Below are positions 30,701 to 32,000 of a DNA stretch of 32,000 bases, in pieces (within the stretch, counting starts at the first letter, position 1; each line of letters starts with the position of its first letter). A program made the position numbers and the translations under genes. A model generated the notes under the pieces. The model ran no database searches, had not been told where the DNA came from, and saw nothing but the letters and a program-made list of their open reading frames with translations. This DNA comes from Dickeya solani IPO 2222 (GTDB lineage: Bacteria; Pseudomonadota; Gammaproteobacteria; Enterobacterales; Enterobacteriaceae). The stretch covers positions 4,770,001 through 4,802,000 of the forward strand of contig NZ_CP015137.1 of assembly GCF_001644705.1 (NCBI RefSeq), in the 5' to 3' direction.

Positions 30701-32000
30701 TACCGTGGCGGTCTGCCCCGCCAGCGTCCCCGTATTGCCCAGCGCTCCGCGCAGCTCAAGCGTCAGCGCCTCAGCGGCGTTCAGCTGGCCGCCGTTGCTC
30801 AGCGTGCCGCCGGTGACCGTCACCGTCTTCCCCTGCCAGCGGCCGCCCTCGCCCACCACGCCGTTGCCGCGCAGCGTCAGCGCCCCGTCGCTGTAAACAC
30901 GACCCGCCCCCGCGTAGTCCCCGCTCAGCGTCAGCGCGTCGCCCCCCGCCAGTTGCCCGCCGTTGTCCAGCGTCGCGCCCTGCACCGTCAGCCGGCCCAG
31001 CGCCGACACCGTGCCCCGGTTATCCAGCCCGCCCAGCGTCAGTACCGTGTCGCCGTTCGCCGCCAGCGTGCCGCTGTTGCTCAGCCCGCCCGCCAGCATC
31101 ACCGCCAGCGACCCGTCACTCTGTATCTGACCGCCGTTGCGCAGGCTGGCCGCCCCCACCGTCAGCCCGCCGCCCGCCAGCAGCGCGCCGTCCCACTCCA
31201 CCGTCTCCCGCCCGTCCAGCGTCAGGTCGCCCGTCGCCTGCCAGCGCCCCGCGCCGCTCACACGCCCGCCGCTGACCGTCACCGTCTGCGCCCCCGCCGC
31301 CCCGTCCAGCGTCAGCTGCCCCCCGGTCAGCGTCAGCGCGCTCCCCGCCTGCCAGGCTCCGCCCGACGCCTGGCTCACCGCCCCCGACGCCGTCAGGCTC
31401 ACCCGGTCGCCCGCCAGCTGCGCCTGGCCCAGCATCAGCTCCGCCCCGGTCAGCGTCAGACCGTACCCCGGCTGGATAACCCCGTCGTCGCGCACCCCGG
31501 CGCTCAGCTGTCCGCCCTGCGCCGTGATGCGCCCGGCGCTGTCCAGCGTCAGGTCCCGCCCCGCCCGCGTCCGGCTCTCCGTCAGCGTGATGCCCTGCTC
31601 ACCCCGCAGCCTGACCGTGCCCTGCGCCTGCTGGTTACCCTGCAGCGCCAGCGTCACGCCCTGCGCCGTCAGGTCGCCCTGCGCGATGGCGCTCCCCACC
31701 TGCAGCCGCCCGTTCGCCGACAGCTGAATGTCCCCCTGCCGCGCGCTCAGCCCGGCGGTGTTTACCCCCACTCCCTGCTCCGTCGACACCAGACTGATGC
31801 GGTTGGCGTACATCCCCCCCAGCGCCCCGGTGTCCAGCGCCAGCGCCGGCGACGGCCCCGCTCCCGCCTGCGCCGTCACCCGTCCGTCCGTGCCCACCCG
31901 GTTGGCCCCCAGCACCACCCGCACGTCCCGCGCGCTCAGCCCCGCCTGCAGGCTCGCCGTGCGCGCTATCAGCGCAAAATAGTCGCTCCCGCCGGCGTCC
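18773..32000 (-). CDS. cdiA: CdiA contact-dependent inhibition toxin/filamentous exoprotein, 5'-truncated by the window edge
   Basis: The reading frame is open from the window edge (no stop between 31924 and 31999), leaving 4408 codons visible. The order is the established CdiA one. FHA-1-type ~20-aa beta-helix repeats (..LTLTA..LDNGG.L..) come first. Next is a non-repetitive block at the RBD position, then a YP-type region (DYPLPTSQNGLFV, SRYLIRTNPTL, RFLGDAAFDTRYI). FHA-2-type repeats follow, then the pretoxin region ending GRNAVENN, then a 330-aa CT. The signal peptide, TPS domain and cdiB must lie beyond 32000. Confidence 0.95.
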   Translation of the reverse strand, partial: DAGGSDYFALIARTASLQAGLSARDVRVVLGANRVGTDGRVTAQAGAGPSPALALDTGALGGMYANRISLVSTEQGVGVNTAGLSARQGDIQLSANGRLQVGSAIAQGDLTAQGVTLALQGNQQAQGTVRLRGEQGITLTESRTRAGRDLTLDSAGRITAQGGQLSAGVRDDGVIQPGYGLTLTGAELMLGQAQLAGDRVSLTASGAVSQASGGAWQAGSALTLTGGQLTLDGAAGAQTVTVSGGRVSGAGRWQATGDLTLDGRETVEWDGALLAGGGLTVGAASLRNGGQIQSDGSLAVMLAGGLSNSGTLAANGDTVLTLGGLDNRGTVSALGRLTVQGATLDNGGQLAGGDALTLSGDYAGAGRVYSDGALTLRGNGVVGEGGRWQGKTVTVTGGTLSNGGQLNAAEALTLELRGALGNTGTLAGQTATVRAASLDNGGLLSGRDGLTVTLAGALSNGGRLEGRALGLTADTLDNGGTLLGMDALTLAIAGTARNQASGQWLSNGESRLTAAELDNRGTVSGRQVTLTADTLSNGGTLSADGTLTVQAQTQLDNSGSLLAGGALTVQAGQTANRGVMAGDTLSVTADGLDNSGTLQGRQAVTLTADGALTNTATGKLLTQGAAVLNAAAAENDGEWQAGNLLLTADSLRNGGRIQSDGALTAALSATGMLTNRGTLAANGDTTLTLGGLDNRGAVSALGGLTVQGTTLGNAGQLASRGALTLTGDYAGGGSLYSEAALTLRGADIANAGGRWQGSTIDITGQQLDNQGTLVGGRIALIGQQLANTGNITGLDSLTVTLPGTLTNRGRLEGKTLSLTADSLDNGGTLLGMDALTLAIAGTARNQASGRWLSQGVSRLTAGTLDNQGQWQGDSLTATAARIRNAGQLLGLSALTLTAHGALANTATGTLLTQGAAVLTAATVDNDGEWQSGRLRLTADGLRNGGRIQSDGALDVALSPAGVLTNTGTLAANGDTTLTLGGLDNRGAVSVRGDLTVTGTDLDNAGQLAAQGALTLTGHYAGAGSLYSDAALTLRGATLANDGGRWQGHTVAIGGGQLTNSGTVTGLDSLTVTTTGALTSHGRLESRTLSLTADMLDNGGTLLGMDALTLAIAGTARNQASGQWLSNGESRLTAAELDNQGQWQGARLEATAGTVRNAGQLLGLSALTLTAGGTLTNTATGKLLTQGAAVLNAATAENDGEWQAGNLLLTAGSLRNGGRIQSDGALTATLSAAGTLTNSGTLAANGDTTLTLGGLDNRGTVSGLGNLTVAGADLHNEGQLASGGALTLTGDYAGGGSLYSDGALTLSGNGVVGDGGRWQGKTVTITGDTLSNGGRLSAAEALTLELRGALGNTGTLAGQTLMARAAALDNGGLLSGREGLTVTLPGTLTNHGRLEGQTLSLTAETLDNGGTLLGMDALTLAIAGTARNQTSGQWLSNGESRLTAAALDNQGRWQGDRLHATAGTVHNAGQLLGLSALTLTAGGALTNTATGKLLTQGAAVLNAATAENDGEWQAGTLQLTADSLRNGGQIHSDGDLAVTLPATGSDPLRAMLRAVQQLAQDVQAASPGSLTNTGTLTAGGDSRITGRRLDNQGTLAASGALSLAAGDMTNAGRLDSRTLLLTGDSLDNRGTLLAEQGGVLTLGGGLRVGADGRLLSNGDWQVQAGSVNSRGQWQGKNLLLSAASLDNGGALLGTDGITLTLTQGYTGGAGSQVLGSGAVTLTADTVTQQGDIGGDRLQLTTGTLTNGGRLVGLSQLDVTSRGQLTNTAGGSLLGNGTAGVTAQQLDNAGSVQADTLTLRADTVTNAGRMQGTSALTLNGVSRYTGNADSQLLSGGTATLAIDNADNAGLWQAGVLNVSGTSLTNHGTLLGQRGLQLEAASLTNLGQLTTQGMATLRGRQFDNGGTLTALGGFDAQFSDAVTNQAGGRLLSGGAGSLATGTLLNQGLWQSGRLTLTADRLRNLGTLLGLDDGNIQLTGTYVGEAGSQVGGNGAFSLSAATIDQAGHLQAQDVTLRAARLRNQGGITGAGQLNVTLDEQLENTAGATLLGGTVSLGGATVSNGGQIQGRSGLTVQGGTLLDNQSGGQLLSGGQLTLGATQLTNAGWVQGQDLTLTTAQLDNSGTLQAQNGLTLHLPQWTNHGTVQAGQLDITTDGALDNRGTLLGLTRLALQAASLNNADGARLYSAGGLQLRTGQLTQDGQLAALGDLRADIGGPFTLTRALAAGGQLTLAVTGDLVQAGTLQGNGVTVTSTGTLTQQGRIVAGGGNSTLSAAAISQAESGSIQGGGPLRLLATGNIVNRGFVGTAGDLLVQAGGLIENGGLLYGGGDLQLLSAALVNRFGNILAGDSLWIQRDAAGNASSSVLNSSGTIETQRGDITVRTGTLTNQREGLTVTESSSTAAEVPSWAGGTTIYIPIDWFKDGELATYEANSNPSREDGPNLDEIYFFPFPVSKEKSTAIFSYASKDIKITANGGGANILSSGNINIASALLINDASVISSKKNISMTGNVLKNASYQVGSISESLVYEYEVGDDELLLGMAPIGWLQEKAKRDNRWNDYEYSEHLGEYKIYFRDRSRFDRDRLRYVLKDRQIISTPGQTYAATIQAGGSITASFSQNISNTNLQPGSGGFIPVIATPTMAGVNALTPVDAQADRGLNGAAGSVSPTSLPDGSGNVALAGQAGGLAGGYTTVTRTGDLPAGGTPVAGMADTALTAGAIAGGTPVTATVLSLPDGLAGGHLQATAPGASPVTATALTPLAALSFGQLQAALTQGLQQLGSPSLTDYPLPTSQNGLFVADTAGDSRYLIRTNPTLSQLGQVDNRLFDDLRGLLGQTPGTTVPVETRPTLTDPTQVLGSSYLLGKLNLDAEHDYRFLGDAAFDTRYISNAVLSQTGQRYLNGVGSDLAQMQQLMDNAAAEKSRLGLQLGMSLTSAQVAGLSHSLVWWENISVGGQTVLAPKLYLAQADRSNLQGSRIVANSVSLSAGGDIDNRGSTVTAQDALAVASGGNLTNSEGGLLNAGGALNLVALGNLTNRSATIQGNTVTLASVSGDITNTTTRNQWQTAAQDGRGSGSLTRTDIGQAGLITAQGGLTLQAGYDIALNGAQLSAGGPLQLAAGNDIRLSALTTVTDTVRQDGGASERRSQGLVQSTVASGGDLSLSAGRDLSSTAAQLSAAGTLGLSAGRDLSLLSAGEDQFSSNAWKRHLDWQQTVSQQGTVLNAGEGLSLRAGQDLTLQGAQAETRGALTAQAGRDLSLLSATESRHDFFEETTVKKGFLSKTTTHTLRDTQQTTEKGTLLSGDSVALTAGHDLGVQGSAVAADGEVTLTAGHDITTAASVETYRNYEEHSRKKSGVFSGGGIGFTIGSTSMSQKQDDKATTQSQSVSTLGTTSGSVRLNAGQAVSMAATDVIAARDIQVTGNSVTIDPGYDTRKQSRQMEQKTAGLTVTLSGVVGSALNSAVQAVQAVREQSDSRLQALQGMKAALSGYQAYQGTQIDTNNQGASSFVGISVSLGAQRSSSSQTSEQSQSFASTLNAGHDISVVARQGDITAVGSQLKAANNVELNASRAINLLSARNTESMTGSNSSSGGNIGVSFGLSNSGAGFSVFANVNAAKGRELGNGNSWSETTVDAGQQIVLTSGGDTRLTGAQVSGERIVANVGGDLLLKSQQDSNRYDSKQTSVSAGGSFTFGSMTGSGYLSASQDKMHSSFDSVQQQTGLFAGKGGYDINVGNHTQLDGAVIGSTASADKNRLDTGTLGFSNIDNRAEFSVSHSGIGLSASPSLSMSDMLKSAALTAPSALMSMGRGGNAGSTTYAAVSDGALIIRNQAGQQQDIAGLSRDVEHANNALSSIFDKEKEQKRLQTAQMVGELGAQVMDVVRTEGEIRAVRAAEAKGDVKRPPDNASEKDWDKYKKDLTETPAYKAVMQSYGTGSDLQRATQAATAAIQALAGGGNLQQALAGASAPYLAQLVKGVTMPADESKATASDIAANAMGHALMGAVVAQLSGKDAVAGAVGAAGGELTARLLIMKELYSGRDTSDLTEAEKQSVSALASLAAGLASGIASGNTAGAATGAQTGRNAVENNYLSATEAQTKADLERKEKAGTLTADEAKELADTRKLDKDRDQAIHDICTQGNKSGGACSALVAKAQQALNSYGESAASYRLIYKDLYPQDAANASAILKGLDEGSITRDAAITAIAKSTGKGWDEVASQYDTAMQLHGIVSTLAGFKGVAAEAGELSVAGNVAKKVEQGAPATAGTKIDSKVTLTQQDSLPGDIKKSFKDGNYQTVITNEPVLVYRKFGGSSDQAKLDGGYATTEQNAGRNETAVYKKWSTSQFEAQIEIPENTKINIGIVGEQKPGSEKPKYDGGADQILMPRNYSSEWIKSVRDGKTGKVYTYDEFRKSFPEQVTNKR
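18776..19240 (-). other. CdiA-CT C-terminal toxin domain (155 aa, unassigned family)
   Basis: TKIDSKVTLTQQDSLPGD...VLVYRKFGGSSDQAKLDGGYATTEQNAGRNETAV...IEIPENTKINIGIVGEQKPGSEKPKYDGGADQILMPRNY...FPEQVTNKR. It contains no His and no Cys. GC drops to ~32% (19/60 for 18961-19020). Confidence 0.7.
19241..19765 (-). other. CdiA-CT N-terminal (cytoplasm-entry/translocation) domain, 175 aa
   Basis: Lies directly after VENN: YLSATEAQTKADLERKEKAG...DICTQGNKSGGACSALVAKAQQ...MQLHGIVSTLAGFKG. It has a helical character and a single Cys pair (C-x9-C). The position matches the entry domain of the two-domain CdiA-CT model. Confidence 0.55.
19766..19777 (-). other. VENN motif (pretoxin/CT boundary)
   Basis: The plus strand GTTATTCTCCAC is the reverse complement of GTG GAG AAT AAC. 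Context is TGAQTGRNAVENNYLSATE. Confidence 0.95.
24225..24775 (-). other. low-GC cassette inside cdiA at the receptor-binding-domain position
   Basis: ~550 bp at ~25% GC (15/60 for 24481-24540) within a ~70% GC gene (44/60 for 25021-25080). It encodes IYIPIDWFKDGELATYEANSNPSREDG...NISMTGNVLKNASYQVGSISESLVYEYEVGDDELLLGMAPIGWLQEKAKRDNRWNDYEYSEHLGEYKIYFRDRSRFDRDRLRYVLKDRQIIS. Boundaries are approximate. Confidence 0.6.
27400..31150. repeat. four tandem higher-order repeats (periods 930, 816, 1041 bp) within the cdiA FHA-1 region
   Basis: The near-identical anchor ccggctatcgccagcgtcagcgcgtccat(t/c)cccagcagcgtgccgcc recurs four times. The antisense ORF peptide MRAVPAIASVSASIPSSVPPLS starts at 27720, 28650, 29466 and 30507. 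In the CdiA frame, LDNGGTLLGMDALTLAIAGTARNQ occurs 4 times. Outer boundaries are approximate. Confidence 0.9.

Noticed and set aside
19576-31982. Many long plus-strand ORFs antisense to cdiA (for example 21698-24004 at 768 aa, 28178-29599 at 473 aa, 20009-21301 at 430 aa, 26654-27853 at 399 aa).
   Set aside because: They lie entirely inside the high-GC, repeat-rich cdiA frame and encode Arg/Ala/Pro/Gln-rich low-complexity strings. They repeat with the same period as the cdiA repeats. These are typical stop-codon-poor antisense artefacts of GC-rich DNA.

Overview
Chromosomal window from an Enterobacterales genome. The housekeeping proteins track E. coli K-12 orthologues closely. The genus cannot be determined without a database search; Pectobacteriaceae-like is only a guess. 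Three parts. (1) 1-14.6 kb is a conserved core block. A GAF-PAS-GGDEF-EAL c-di-GMP gene and an AT-rich ~0.65-kb spacer are followed by icd / rluE-nudJ-mnmA-hflD-purB-phoP-phoQ-roxA / pepT in the E. coli order. Its intergenic spacers carry several short-period tandem repeat arrays, which is unusual. (2) 14.8-18.1 kb is a minus-strand feo operon, feoA-like, feoA, feoB, feoC. It has an extra FeoA paralogue, a 14-bp tandem array between the two feoA genes, and an upstream FNR-type palindrome plus Fur box. (3) 18.2-32.0 kb is a contact-dependent growth inhibition (CDI) locus on the minus strand. It holds a giant cdiA (at least 4408 codons visible; the N-terminus and cdiB lie off-window), a small AT-rich putative cdiI, and a convergent SymE-like gene. 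The most interesting signals are in cdiA. A 155-aa C-terminal toxin domain lacks His and Cys, and I cannot assign it to a family. It and the immunity ORF sit in very low-GC DNA. A second low-GC cassette lies at the receptor-binding-domain position. A four-copy 0.8-1.0-kb higher-order repeat roughly doubles the FHA-1 filament region. All functional calls rest on reading the translated ORFs and on recalled family motifs. No searches were run.
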